Positions 29,759 to 39,352 of a stretch of DNA of 64,000 nt are shown here, piece after piece. The first letter of the stretch is position 1, and each line of letters opens with the position of its first letter. The notes under the pieces are model-generated. The model saw nothing but the letters and a program-made list of their open reading frames with translations, was not told the origin of the DNA and searched no databases. Source of the stretch: Candidatus Binataceae bacterium (lineage in GTDB: Bacteria; Desulfobacterota; Binatia; Binatales; Binataceae); NCBI GenBank assembly GCA_015478645.1, contig JADMIL010000009.1:4574-68573 (forward strand), given 5' to 3'. The position numbers and the translations under genes were made by a program.

Positions 29759-32002
29759 ATGCCGACGGCCGTGGCGCCGCCGCGCGACGGACGGATCGTG
29801 CGCGAGCTGTTTTCGCTGGCGATCCTGGCCGCGGCGGCGTGGGCAATCCTGAGCCTGACTTCGTCGAGCCTTGCGTGGCGGCCCAACCTGGGCGGTCCGC
29901 TCGGCGAAATCCTCGCGCAAAGTCTCACCGAATGGTTCGGCTACCAGGCGGCGGTGGTCGTGATCCTGGCTGCGATTCTGGGCTGGCGCGCGCGGGCGGC
30001 GCCGGGATCGATCGCGCTGGTCCGCGAGGCGGCTGGCGGCGCGATCGTGGTCGCCGCGCTGAGCGCGATGGCCGGCTTCATCGATTCGCCCGGCGTAGCG
30101 ATGGGCGGCGCGGTGGGATCGGCATTAGCCGCGGCGCTGGGCGCCTACGTCAACGTCGGGGGCGGCTATATCGTCGCGATGCTCGCACTGGTGGGCGGGC
30201 TGGCGCTGATGCTGCGCCGGGCGCCAACCGATCTGCTCGCGGCGCTGGCCGGAGCGGCATGGCGCGGCGGGCGCCGGGCGGGCGATCGTGCGGACGATAG
30301 CGCAGCAGCCGCCGGGCTCTGGGGCGATGGGGCCGCAGCGCCAAGGCTCGACCATGCGATCGTCACGCGGGCAGCGGCGCGCGATCTCAATCCGCATGCG
30401 GCGGGAATTAATGGCGGGCGCGGCGATCCGCCGCTGGTGCGGCGCGCCGAGATCGCCAAGCCGGCCGCGCGCGAGAAGTCCGACAAGCCACCCAAGCCGA
30501 GCGCGCGCAGTGCCGGCGGCTTCAAGCTCCCGCCGCTCGCACTGCTCGATACGCCGCCGCTTGAACATAGCCACGTCGACGAGTCGGCGCTCGCGGGCAG
30601 TGCGCGCGTGCTCGAACAGAAGCTGGCCGATTTCGGCGTCGCGGGGCGGGTGGTCGAGGTGCAGCCCGGCCCGGTCGTTACGATGTACAAATTCGAGCCG
30701 GGCTCCGGGATCAAGGTCAGCCAGATCGTGAACCTGGCCGACGATCTCTCGATGGCGCTGCGGGCGGCCACGGTGCGGATTCAGGCGCCGGTGCCGGGCG
30801 AGGCAGTCGTCGGGATCGAAGTGCCCAACCGCAAGCGCGAAAAGGTCTATCTGCGCGAAATCCTGGAGGCCGACGAATTCGTCGCCGCACAGAGCCATCT
30901 CACCATCGCGCTGGGCAAGGATATCGCGGGGCATCCGGCAGCCGCCGACCTGGCGACGATGCCCCATCTGCTGATCGCGGGCGCGACCGGCACCGGCAAG
31001 TCGGTATCGATCCATACGATGATCGCGTCGATCCTGTTCAGCGCGACGGCCGACGACGTGCGCTTTATCCTGATCGACCCCAAGATGCTCGAGCTTTCGG
31101 TCTACGACGCGCTGCCGCATCTGCTGGTGCCGGTGGTGGTCGATCCGGAAAAGGCCGCCGCCGCGCTGCTCTGGGCGACCCAGGAAATGGAGGGGCGCTA
31201 TCGCGTGATGCGCGAGCTCGGCGTGCGCAATATCGACGGCTACAACCGCACGATCGGACAGGGCGGCGAGCTGGTCGAGCTCAAGCGCGGGACGATCGCC
31301 GACAACCAGGGCGACAGCGAGGATTGGCAGGACACCCCGGTCAAGCATCGCAAGCTGCCCAAGATCGTGATCGTGATCGACGAGCTGGCCGACCTGCTGC
31401 TCGCGGAGGGCAAGACCGTCGAACGCGATATCACGCGGTTGGCGCAAAAGGCGCGCGCCGCCGGAATCCACCTGATCCTCGCGACCCAGCGGCCGTCGGT
31501 CGACGTGCTGACCGGCCTGATCAAGGCGAACCTGCCGGCGCGCATCTCGCTGCAGGTGACATCGCGCGTCGATTCGCGCACGATTCTGGATTCGATCGGC
31601 GCCGAGCGCCTGCTCGGCGCGGGCGATATGCTGTTTATGCCGCCAGGCACCGCCAAGCTGCGCCGCCTGCACGGGCCGTTCGTCTCCGAGATCGAGATTC
31701 GCAAGGTCTGCGAGTTCATCCGGGCACAGGGCGCTCCCGACTACCAGATGGAGATTCTCGAAACGGCGGTGGCGGGCGAAGCCGACGGCGGCGGTCCCGA
31801 CGGCGATCGCGACGAGCATTACGACGAAGCCGTGCGCATCGTGATGGAGACCAATCAGGCGTCGATCTCGATGATCCAGCGGCGCTTACGGATCGGCTAC
31901 AACCGCGCCGCCCGGATGGTCGAGCAGATGGAGCGTGAGGGGCTGGTGCTGCCGGCCGACGGTGCGCGCCCGCGCGAAGTCCGCATGCGCGGCGCGAGTT
32001 AG
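29759..32002 (+). CDS. ftsK: DNA translocase FtsK
   Basis: N-terminal TM helices, Pro-rich linker, motor domain with Walker A GATGTGKS and the IVIDELADL motif, and a C-terminal gamma domain (ISMIQRRLRIGYNRAARMVEQME). Confidence 0.95.
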   Translation: MPTAVAPPRDGRIVRELFSLAILAAAAWAILSLTSSSLAWRPNLGGPLGEILAQSLTEWFGYQAAVVVILAAILGWRARAAPGSIALVREAAGGAIVVAALSAMAGFIDSPGVAMGGAVGSALAAALGAYVNVGGGYIVAMLALVGGLALMLRRAPTDLLAALAGAAWRGGRRAGDRADDSAAAAGLWGDGAAAPRLDHAIVTRAAARDLNPHAAGINGGRGDPPLVRRAEIAKPAAREKSDKPPKPSARSAGGFKLPPLALLDTPPLEHSHVDESALAGSARVLEQKLADFGVAGRVVEVQPGPVVTMYKFEPGSGIKVSQIVNLADDLSMALRAATVRIQAPVPGEAVVGIEVPNRKREKVYLREILEADEFVAAQSHLTIALGKDIAGHPAAADLATMPHLLIAGATGTGKSVSIHTMIASILFSATADDVRFILIDPKMLELSVYDALPHLLVPVVVDPEKAAAALLWATQEMEGRYRVMRELGVRNIDGYNRTIGQGGELVELKRGTIADNQGDSEDWQDTPVKHRKLPKIVIVIDELADLLLAEGKTVERDITRLAQKARAAGIHLILATQRPSVDVLTGLIKANLPARISLQVTSRVDSRTILDSIGAERLLGAGDMLFMPPGTAKLRRLHGPFVSEIEIRKVCEFIRAQGAPDYQMEILETAVAGEADGGGPDGDRDEHYDEAVRIVMETNQASISMIQRRLRIGYNRAARMVEQMEREGLVLPADGARPREVRMRGAS

Positions 32003-32091
32003 GCGGAGCCGGCGTAGCATGATGCGATGAAGCGCGGGGCTCGGGATTTCGTCTAAAGTGATAGCGCGAGCGTGATGCAACGAAAATCGAT

Positions 32092-32814
32092 ATGAGAATT
32101 GGGAAAATCTGTCCGGCGCGATGGGCCGCGGGATTCGCGGCGGCGATCGTTCTGGCGCCCGTCATCGCGACCCATCGCTATGCTGGCGGGACCGAGGTGG
32201 TCGAGGCCGCCACCACCGTCGCGAGCGGTGCGGCCGCGCTGCGGACGCTGCTCGAGCGCTTGCAACAGCATTACCAGGCGACCCATTCGTTCACCGGCAA
32301 ATTCACCCAGACGGTTACGCGGGTCGGGATGGCACCGCGGATTCGCGTCGGAACGATCGCGTACAGCCGGCCGGGGCGGATTCGCCTCGAGTTCGGCGAT
32401 CCGCAACCCGAGACGATTGTCAGCGACGGCGAACTGTTTTACGACTACGATCCGGGTCTCAACCAGGTCTTGCAGACGCCCGTGAAGTCGGCGATCAAAA
32501 CCCAGGCGGCGGCGGCGTTTCTGCTCGGCGTGGGCAACGTCGAGCGCGATTTCAAGGCGTCGCTACCGGCTACGGCGGCCTCCGATGGGCTGAGCCACGT
32601 CGTCCTGGCGCCGCGCGGCGGCGGCGATCCGATCGAAATCGGCATCGACCCGGCCACGCTGAATATCGCGTCCCTGACCATCGCCGACGCGCTGGGCAAC
32701 ACGACGGTCTTTCTTTTCAGCGACTTGCGGATCAACGCGCCGATCGCGCCCGCAATGTTCGTGTTCAACACGCCGGCCGGCGCCGACATCGTAAATTCGG
32801 GCGCGGCGCAATAA
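32092..32814 (+). CDS. lolA: Outer-membrane lipoprotein carrier protein LolA
   Basis: 240 aa, signal peptide, LolA-like size and beta-rich sequence. It shows the classical ftsK-lolA synteny. Confidence 0.75.
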   Translation: MRIGKICPARWAAGFAAAIVLAPVIATHRYAGGTEVVEAATTVASGAAALRTLLERLQQHYQATHSFTGKFTQTVTRVGMAPRIRVGTIAYSRPGRIRLEFGDPQPETIVSDGELFYDYDPGLNQVLQTPVKSAIKTQAAAAFLLGVGNVERDFKASLPATAASDGLSHVVLAPRGGGDPIEIGIDPATLNIASLTIADALGNTTVFLFSDLRINAPIAPAMFVFNTPAGADIVNSGAAQ

Positions 32815-32901
32815 ATCGTACGGTCTCATTCGCGGGGCGGATTGCACCACGACGCCCACGCGAGTAGACATATATGCCCTTGGGTGCTTGGCGAACCAGT
32901 C

Positions 32902-34245
32902 ATGGAAAAGGTTCATCTTCTGACCTTGGGATGCCCCAAGAACCTGGCCGATAGCGAATTGATGCTGGGTGCGCTGATGGGCGCGGGCTTCGAAGTGACA
33001 CTCGATCCCGGCGACGCGCAAGTGCTGATAATCAACACCTGCGCGTTTATCGAATCCGCGAAAAAGGAATCGATCGGCGCGATTCTTGAGGCGTCCGAGG
33101 TAAAAAAGCGCGCGGCGGGGCGCAGGCTGGTGGTAGCTGGATGTTTGGCCCAGCGCTACGGCGCGGAGTTGCGCGCCGAGCTGCCGGAAGTCGATATCTT
33201 TGTCGGCACGGGTAATTTCCTCGATCTTCCCGAACTGCTGCGCCGCACGGAAGCTCCCGAATCGCGCCCGGTGCCATACGCCGGCGCGGCCCATCTGCTG
33301 CCCACGATGGCGGCACCGCGGGTCAAGACGGGCGATTTCTTTACCGCGTACCTCAAGATTTCCGAAGGCTGCAATCACCAGTGCGCCTTCTGCATAATCC
33401 CCAAGATTCGCGGCCTGCATGAGAGCCGCACGGCCGACGACGTGATCGCCGAGGCCGCGTCGCTGGCGGCGGTCGGCGTGCGCGAGATCAATCTGATTGC
33501 GCAGGACTTGACCGCCTATGGCCGCGACCTTAAGCCGCCGTCGAGCCTGGCCGCGCTGATCCGGCGGATCGCGCAGGTCGACGGGATCCGCTGGATCCGG
33601 CTGCTCTACTGTTACCCAAACTTTGTTACCGACGAATTGCTCGAGACCATCGCAGAGTTGCCGCGAGTGGTTAAATATATTGATATGCCCTTGCAGCATG
33701 CCGACGACGCGATCCTGCGCGCGATGAAGCGCGAGCGGTCGGGCGACGCCCTGCGCAAGCTGCTCGAACGGATTCGCCGCAAGGTGCCAGGAGTGGCGCT
33801 GCGCACTTCGTTTATCGTGGGCTTTCCGGGCGAGGATGACGCGGCGTTTGCGCGGCTGATGGATTTCGTCCGTACGGAACAATTTGACCGGGTGGGAGTA
33901 TTCACCTACTCGCGCGAAGAGAATACGACGGCCTACGCATTCGGTGGGCAGGTGCCCGAGCGGCTCAAGCGGGCGCGGCGGTCGGAGTTGATGGAGACCC
34001 AGGCGGAGATTTCGCTGCGCCGGAACCGCGGCCTGGTGGGACAGGAAATTGAAGTGATGATCGAAGGCTCGACGCCCGGGCGTGGTACGCGGCGGCGCGG
34101 ACGCACCGCCGCACAGGCGCCCGAAATCGACGGGATGGTGATCCTCAAGGGGGAAGCCGAGCCCGGGGAGTTCGTGCGCGCGCGCGTCGAGCGGGCGCTG
34201 AGTTATGACCTGCACGCGGTCATCAGCGGCGCGATCGTAAATTAA
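32902..34245 (+). CDS. rimO: Ribosomal protein S12 methylthiotransferase RimO
   Basis: From MEKVHLLTLGCPKNLADSE (UPF0004 Cys triad). Radical-SAM CNHQCAFC. C-terminal TRAM domain. Confidence 0.9.
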   Translation: MEKVHLLTLGCPKNLADSELMLGALMGAGFEVTLDPGDAQVLIINTCAFIESAKKESIGAILEASEVKKRAAGRRLVVAGCLAQRYGAELRAELPEVDIFVGTGNFLDLPELLRRTEAPESRPVPYAGAAHLLPTMAAPRVKTGDFFTAYLKISEGCNHQCAFCIIPKIRGLHESRTADDVIAEAASLAAVGVREINLIAQDLTAYGRDLKPPSSLAALIRRIAQVDGIRWIRLLYCYPNFVTDELLETIAELPRVVKYIDMPLQHADDAILRAMKRERSGDALRKLLERIRRKVPGVALRTSFIVGFPGEDDAAFARLMDFVRTEQFDRVGVFTYSREENTTAYAFGGQVPERLKRARRSELMETQAEISLRRNRGLVGQEIEVMIEGSTPGRGTRRRGRTAAQAPEIDGMVILKGEAEPGEFVRARVERALSYDLHAVISGAIVN

Positions 34246-34258
34246 AGGGTGGCGAACG

Positions 34259-34711
34259 ATGGCTAAAAAATCACCGGCGGCAACCCGCAAGAAGTTTCTG
34301 GCCGACCAGCACGCGAATCTCGAAGCGATGAAGGCCAAGCTGCTCGCCGAAATCAGTTCCGAGCTCAAAGCCGAACGCGAAGGCAACAAGGACGAGGGCA
34401 TGGATACCTATGACCTCGCCTCCGAAGAGCGCGACCGTGAAATCAACTTCATCCTGTCGGATCGTGAACGGGTCAAGATCAAGCAGATCGACGACGCGCT
34501 CGCGCGGATGAACGAGGGCACCTACGGGGCGTGCGAATCGTGCGGACTGGAGATCGCGGAGGAGCGCTTGCTTGCGATGCCGTTTACGCGGCTGTGCCGC
34601 GACTGCCAGCAGGACCAGGAGCGCGAAGCCAAGTCGCAGCGCCGCTTCGACGACGAGCGCAATTCCTATCGCAAGATCGGATCGACCGACGCGGACGAAG
34701 ATAATATCTAG
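34259..34711 (+). CDS. DksA/TraR-family C4 zinc-finger protein
   Basis: 150 aa. Coiled-coil N-terminal part and the motif CESCGLEIAEERLLAMPFTRLCRDC. Confidence 0.85.
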   Translation: MAKKSPAATRKKFLADQHANLEAMKAKLLAEISSELKAEREGNKDEGMDTYDLASEERDREINFILSDRERVKIKQIDDALARMNEGTYGACESCGLEIAEERLLAMPFTRLCRDCQQDQEREAKSQRRFDDERNSYRKIGSTDADEDNI

Positions 34712-35040
34712 CGCCGCCGGCGGCGGATCGATCGGCATGCGGACCGCCGCACTGGATGACGCGGGGCGTTGAGTGCTGGTTGTCGCGCGGCCGACCGGCG
34801 CGCGCGCTTGCGGCGTTAGTCATTGCGTCTTTGACCGGCTTACCCGGTTGCCGCGTAGCCGCGCATTGAGGGGAACGTGGTGATGTGCGACGGTCCTACA
34901 TTTCGCCGATACACTTGATTCATCCACCCGCTTTACGCCGGGGCGTCAACAGGGCATCTTAACGGGAGTCCCCGCGCGTTTCGCGGCGCTCGCAGATGGC
35001 GTTGAGGCCGCGCAGGAAAGTTGATGCGTAACGGTAGGTA

Positions 35041-36072
35041 ATGAGAATTTTCAGGGAAATCGAGGCGCTGCCGGGCGCCGACGGCGCGTATTCCGCGCCG
35101 GACCTGGCGCATCTGCGAGCCAACCTGTCCGGGATCAAGTCGATCGTCGCGGTCTCCAGCGCCAAAGGCGGTACTGGCAAGAGCGCGATCACAATCAATA
35201 TCGCGGCGGCGCTGGCGATTGCCGGCCGCAAGGTCGGGATTCTCGACGCCGATCTGAATTCACCCAGCGTTCTGCCGATGCTGGGCATGAAGGCGCCGCG
35301 CCGTATCTTTGCCTTCGAAGGGGCGGAGCCGGGCGCCGGTCCGCTCGGTCTGCGGGTCGCCTCAAGCAATCTGCTGCCCGACGGTGAGCCGCCGCCGATG
35401 AACTTTCTCGACGAGGAGCCGGTGGCCGGGATCGTGATCACTGAAGAGCATTCGGCCCGCGCCGATTTTCCGGCTGACGGCGAGGTTTCGGTCAACGGCG
35501 AAGTTACCGAAGGACGTGAAGTCGCGGCGAGTCGTGAAGTTTCGGCCAATGGCAACGGTGCGGTGGAGCTGAGCTACAGCGGCACCTTGCGGCGATTACT
35601 CACGGAGACCCGCTTCGGCGCACTCGATATGCTGTTGATCGATCTGGCGCCCGGACTCGACGAGCTCTACCGGATCGCGCGCATCGCGCCGTTGAGCGGC
35701 GCGGTGATCGTGACCCATCCGTCGGATAGCTCGGTGACCGCGGCCAGGCACGCGCTCGAGATTGCGGCGCATTGCGCGACCCGCGTGATCGGGATCGTCG
35801 AAAACATGGTCGGCTTCAGTTGCGACGGATGCCATACGGTGCGTCCGCTGATGCCGCAGGGCGATCTGGCGGCGATTGCGCGCATCGCCGGTTCCACGAT
35901 TCTGGGACGGCTGCCGTTCGATCCGCGGTTGGCGGAGAGTTCCGATCGCGGCGTGCTGTTCGTGCGCGAATACGCGGCGACGCCGCTGGCGCTCAATCTG
36001 ACGGCGATCGCGCAGAGCATCGACCAGGCGCTGATCGCGATCAATCACGCGCCGCTCGCATCACCGGTCTGA
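35041..36072 (+). CDS. Mrp/ApbC/NBP35-family P-loop ATPase with an acidic insertion
   Basis: Deviant Walker A SSAKGGTGKS, VENMVGFSCDGC motif, LPFDPRL. Carries a ~55-aa Glu/Val-rich insert not typical of the family. Confidence 0.8.
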   Translation: MRIFREIEALPGADGAYSAPDLAHLRANLSGIKSIVAVSSAKGGTGKSAITINIAAALAIAGRKVGILDADLNSPSVLPMLGMKAPRRIFAFEGAEPGAGPLGLRVASSNLLPDGEPPPMNFLDEEPVAGIVITEEHSARADFPADGEVSVNGEVTEGREVAASREVSANGNGAVELSYSGTLRRLLTETRFGALDMLLIDLAPGLDELYRIARIAPLSGAVIVTHPSDSSVTAARHALEIAAHCATRVIGIVENMVGFSCDGCHTVRPLMPQGDLAAIARIAGSTILGRLPFDPRLAESSDRGVLFVREYAATPLALNLTAIAQSIDQALIAINHAPLASPV

Positions 36073-36151
36073 ACCCTGCGCGGCCTCGTTCCGCGCGATT
36101 TTTCTCCATCCTGCGAAGTAGTAATCCGCGTCGAGCGCGAGGGCGGCGGCG

Positions 36152-37987
36152 TCAGTCGCTGTCGGCGTCGTCGCTATCGCCGGCGGCGGAGGGCAATACG
36201 CCGACCACGCGCGAATACTCGAACATCCCGGCGCCCCGCGCGTCGCCCATCTGGTAGGTCGCGAAGCCGAGCGAGGTGTGGATGCGGGTGGCGTCGAGGC
36301 CGGGCCGCGAGAGCGTCATGAAGTTGTCGGCGCGCCCGCTGAGCGTCGTGGCCACACCGTCATGCAATGTGATCGCGGCGTGAATTGGGCCGGGACGCGC
36401 GCCGGGCACAGGCGTGTCCAGATCGATCGCGCCAAGCTCGCATTCGCGCCAGGCGCCGGCGTCGAGGATGCGCGCGGTGCAGGCTTGCGGGGCGCCGTCG
36501 AAGGTCATGGTGCGGGCCTCGAGCGCGGATTGCGCCGCGCCTCCGCTGGAAAAGCATGCCCAGAGCATCCGGCGCGTGGTGAAGCGCTGAGCTCCGAGTC
36601 CCAGGCATGAGGTGCCGACGCGGGCGACTGCGTCGATCTCACGGCGCACGCCGCCGACCGTCAACGCGCCGCGCAGGCGGCCGAACCGCGCCGTGCCGGC
36701 ACGGGCTGCCGTGGCGAGATCGCTGTCGCCCGGCGCGCTATCGTCCGCGGAAGCGTCGCACGCAGGCGCGCCGCAATCGTCGAGTTCAATCGTTGCCGCA
36801 AGCTCCATCGCGGTGTCGAGTTGCCCGCCGGCCAGCGCGCGCTCGACGCTCAAGTAGGCCGCGCCGTCGTCGACCACCATCGCCGGGCCGCGAAAGCTGA
36901 GTCCGCCGCGGCCGCCCGCCAGGGTCATGCTCAGCGGACCGAGATGAATCTGCGCACCGGCAAATTCGCTCTTGCCTTCACCGGTGAACAGCGCTGCGTG
37001 GCATCCGTCGAACATCACCATGATCCGCGCGCCCGCGGCGCCCGCGCCGAAGTCGAAACTCGCCATCCCGCCTACGCGCGCATCGGGGTCGTAAAACTCC
37101 ACACCGATGCGCATCGCGGCGCCCGCCGGTGTGGCTGACACGACGCGGGCGGGACGCGGCCGCGCGTCGCGCACGACGATCATCGCCGGCGCCGCCGCAG
37201 GCGACCCCATCGATGACGCCGACGTCGCCGATGACGAAGATGCGGTGGCGGGTGCGAAGGCCTCGGCGATCGCGTCGAGATTGGACGCGCGCAACGCCCC
37301 GGGCATCCGCACGGCGACCGACATTTCGAGTTGCAGCGCATCGATCGCGCCGTGCGCGGCGAGCGCGGCAAGCTCGCGCAGCGCGGCAAGCTCACTCGCG
37401 CAATGGCGCTGGGTGAAAGCCTGGAGCAGGTTCTGACTCGCGCCGCCGGGATAGCGCAGGCCAAAGGTCGGGATGATGCCGGCGGTCGTGAGGCGCGCGG
37501 CGAGCGCGGCGACCGGTCCGTTGATGAATCCGTCGCTGGCCGAAACGTGGGCGCCCGCGGGTGGCCGCAGACGGCCGCCGGCTTCGCGCAGGCCGAGTCC
37601 CAGATCGACGCGCGGCTCGATCACGTTCCATCCGTGAATCAAGAGCACGGTCGCCCGGCCATAACGGCGGGTGATCGCGGCGACGCGCCCCACGATCAGA
37701 TCGATCAGCCAGGGCGCGCGCTGGGCGAGCTGCGCCAGGCGGTTGCAGTCGAGTTCATTGCGATCCATCGCGGCGTTGATCAAGGCCGGCGCGCCAAGCC
37801 GGCGCGCGAGTTCCCGCGTGATCGCGGCGGTCTCGAGATCGTTGACCTTGGGATGGAGCGTGGCGCGGGCGGCTGCGCCGGCCCGTCCGCCGTGTGGCGC
37901 GATCAGCAGGAGCGGCGCGTCGCCGTCGATGATCTCGAGCCAGGGTTCGGGTCCGCTGCCGGGCGCGGCGATCGCATCCATCGGCAT
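36152..37987 (-). CDS. Fusion protein: N-formylglutamate-amidohydrolase-like (FGase family) N-domain plus a ~330-aa domain of unknown function
   Basis: 611 aa. The N-terminal motifs LLLIAPHGGRAG, VNDLETAAITRELA, DRNELDCNR and VLLIHGW resemble the PHxG / DxNR / IHS motifs of FGase-family hydrolases. I recognise no family for the C-terminal half. Its ATG directly abuts the pcs stop codon. Confidence 0.55.
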   Translation of the reverse strand: MPMDAIAAPGSGPEPWLEIIDGDAPLLLIAPHGGRAGAAARATLHPKVNDLETAAITRELARRLGAPALINAAMDRNELDCNRLAQLAQRAPWLIDLIVGRVAAITRRYGRATVLLIHGWNVIEPRVDLGLGLREAGGRLRPPAGAHVSASDGFINGPVAALAARLTTAGIIPTFGLRYPGGASQNLLQAFTQRHCASELAALRELAALAAHGAIDALQLEMSVAVRMPGALRASNLDAIAEAFAPATASSSSATSASSMGSPAAAPAMIVVRDARPRPARVVSATPAGAAMRIGVEFYDPDARVGGMASFDFGAGAAGARIMVMFDGCHAALFTGEGKSEFAGAQIHLGPLSMTLAGGRGGLSFRGPAMVVDDGAAYLSVERALAGGQLDTAMELAATIELDDCGAPACDASADDSAPGDSDLATAARAGTARFGRLRGALTVGGVRREIDAVARVGTSCLGLGAQRFTTRRMLWACFSSGGAAQSALEARTMTFDGAPQACTARILDAGAWRECELGAIDLDTPVPGARPGPIHAAITLHDGVATTLSGRADNFMTLSRPGLDATRIHTSLGFATYQMGDARGAGMFEYSRVVGVLPSAAGDSDDADSD

Positions 37988-38713
37988 TCAGGGCACCCGG
38001 TGCGCGGCGCGGCGCGCCGGGTCGGCATAGAGGACGAACGACATCACAAAGTAGTAAACGACGAAGGCGAGCGACGTGTAAAGCGCCACGCGGCTGTATG
38101 CGGGGAGCGTCGCGATCACGACGGCGGTGGCAATCGCCCAGATGACAGCCAGTGTCAGCGTGAGCGGGCGCATCGCGGCCGTGCGGCTCGGATAGATATA
38201 GCCGATCGGCACGAAGACCATCGCGGCCAGAATCGCGACGATGACGCCATTGAGCGCGGGCACGAGACCGAGACAAAACAGATAGAGCGCGACGATATTC
38301 CAGTACGACGGGAAGCCGCGGAAGTAGTGGTCGGGGGTCTTGGCGTCGCGGTGGCAAAAGCCGTAGCCGCTCGCGACCATCACGCTCGCGGTGATTGCAA
38401 AACCGCTTGGCCCTTGCGGCAGAATGCCCGCGCGCAGCATCAACAGCGCCGGTGCGGCGACGTAAGTCAGATAGTCGACGACGTTGTCGAGCAGCGCGCC
38501 ATCGAATTGCGGGATGCGATCGCGCACGCGCAGCGCGCGGGCGAGTGTGCCGTCGGTCGCGTCGATCGCGATCGCCACGCCCATCGCGGCGAACGCGGTG
38601 CGCCATTCGCGGTCGGCGATGCAATTGAGGGCGAAGAGTCCGGCGACCGCACCGAGTGCGGTGTAAAGATGCACCGTCCAGGCGAATGCGAGGAGGATGC
38701 GGTCGCGCGCCAT
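37988..38713 (-). CDS. pcs: Phosphatidylcholine synthase (CDP-alcohol phosphatidyltransferase family)
   Basis: 241 aa from MARDRILLAFAWTVHLYTALG. DATDGTLARALRVRDRIPQFDGALLDNVVDYLTYVAAPA and TPDHYFRGFPSYWNIV closely parallel rhizobial Pcs (DGIDGPIARK...NWSGDTLDNVIDYVTYVLLPA; DEYFFSGFPVVWNMV), recalled from memory. Confidence 0.85.
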   Translation of the reverse strand: MARDRILLAFAWTVHLYTALGAVAGLFALNCIADREWRTAFAAMGVAIAIDATDGTLARALRVRDRIPQFDGALLDNVVDYLTYVAAPALLMLRAGILPQGPSGFAITASVMVASGYGFCHRDAKTPDHYFRGFPSYWNIVALYLFCLGLVPALNGVIVAILAAMVFVPIGYIYPSRTAAMRPLTLTLAVIWAIATAVVIATLPAYSRVALYTSLAFVVYYFVMSFVLYADPARRAAHRVP

Positions 38714-38736
38714 CGTCGCCGCCTGCCTGCCCGCGA

Positions 38737-39270
38737 TCAGCGATCCGGCTTGAAGCCGCGCGGCCCGAAGTGATCTTCGAGCACGGTCATGAAGGGACCG
38801 CAGGCGCGCCGCTGTTTGACCAGCGCCATCGCCTCGTCGAGCGAAAGTCCGCCGTGCGCGCGCAGGTAGGCGATCGCGAGCGTGGGCGCGCGGTTGAGGC
38901 CGGCGTTGCAATGGAGAAATACGCGATGGCCCGCGCCGAGCAGCGCCGCCAGATCGTCGAGCGCGGCGACCAGCCGATCAGCCATGTCGTCGGCACTGCC
39001 GTCCTGGATCGGCGTGCGCACCAGACTGATCCGATGGCGCGCGCAGACCTCGCGCAGCGCGTCGATATCGATCGCGTTGATGCGCAGGTCCTCATCGTCC
39101 TGCAGATTATGAATCGCGGTCACGCGATGCTCGCGCGCGAGCCATTCGATATCGTCGACACGCGGGTATTCGCCGACCAGCAGATGCGGGGTGATCTCGC
39201 TGACGGTCGGCCGCACGTCGCCGCGCGTGGGGCGCGGTCCGTTATCGCGTCGTGGGCTAAACCATTCCAT
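38737..39270 (-). CDS. Dual-specificity (Cys-based) phosphatase
   Basis: 177 aa. Active-site loop FLHCNAGLNRAPT (HCx5R). No Shine-Dalgarno sequence is evident, and an AT-rich palindrome lies directly upstream. Confidence 0.8.
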   Translation of the reverse strand: MEWFSPRRDNGPRPTRGDVRPTVSEITPHLLVGEYPRVDDIEWLAREHRVTAIHNLQDDEDLRINAIDIDALREVCARHRISLVRTPIQDGSADDMADRLVAALDDLAALLGAGHRVFLHCNAGLNRAPTLAIAYLRAHGGLSLDEAMALVKQRRACGPFMTVLEDHFGPRGFKPDR

Positions 39271-39274
39271 GGTT

Positions 39275-39287
39275 ATAAATTATTTAT
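39275..39287. promoter_or_regulatory. Perfect AT-only palindrome ATAAAT-T-ATTTAT directly upstream of the phosphatase start codon
   Basis: Lies 4 nt from the ATG at 39270, in the only sizeable intergenic gap (82 nt) of the lipid operon. Confidence 0.3.
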
Positions 39288-39352
39288 GCGCTTTGGGCGG
39301 GGGAAACGAGCGCGCGGCCCGGCGTGCGCGGCGTGCTCTGCCTTTGGCGCGA

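Noticed and set aside
34712-35040. A 329-nt intergenic region after the dksA-like gene, examined for SRP, 6S or other ncRNA.
   Set aside because: It has only a CGCCGCC/GGCGGCG palindrome right after the stop codon (a likely terminator-type stem without a T-run). I recognised no conserved ncRNA motif.
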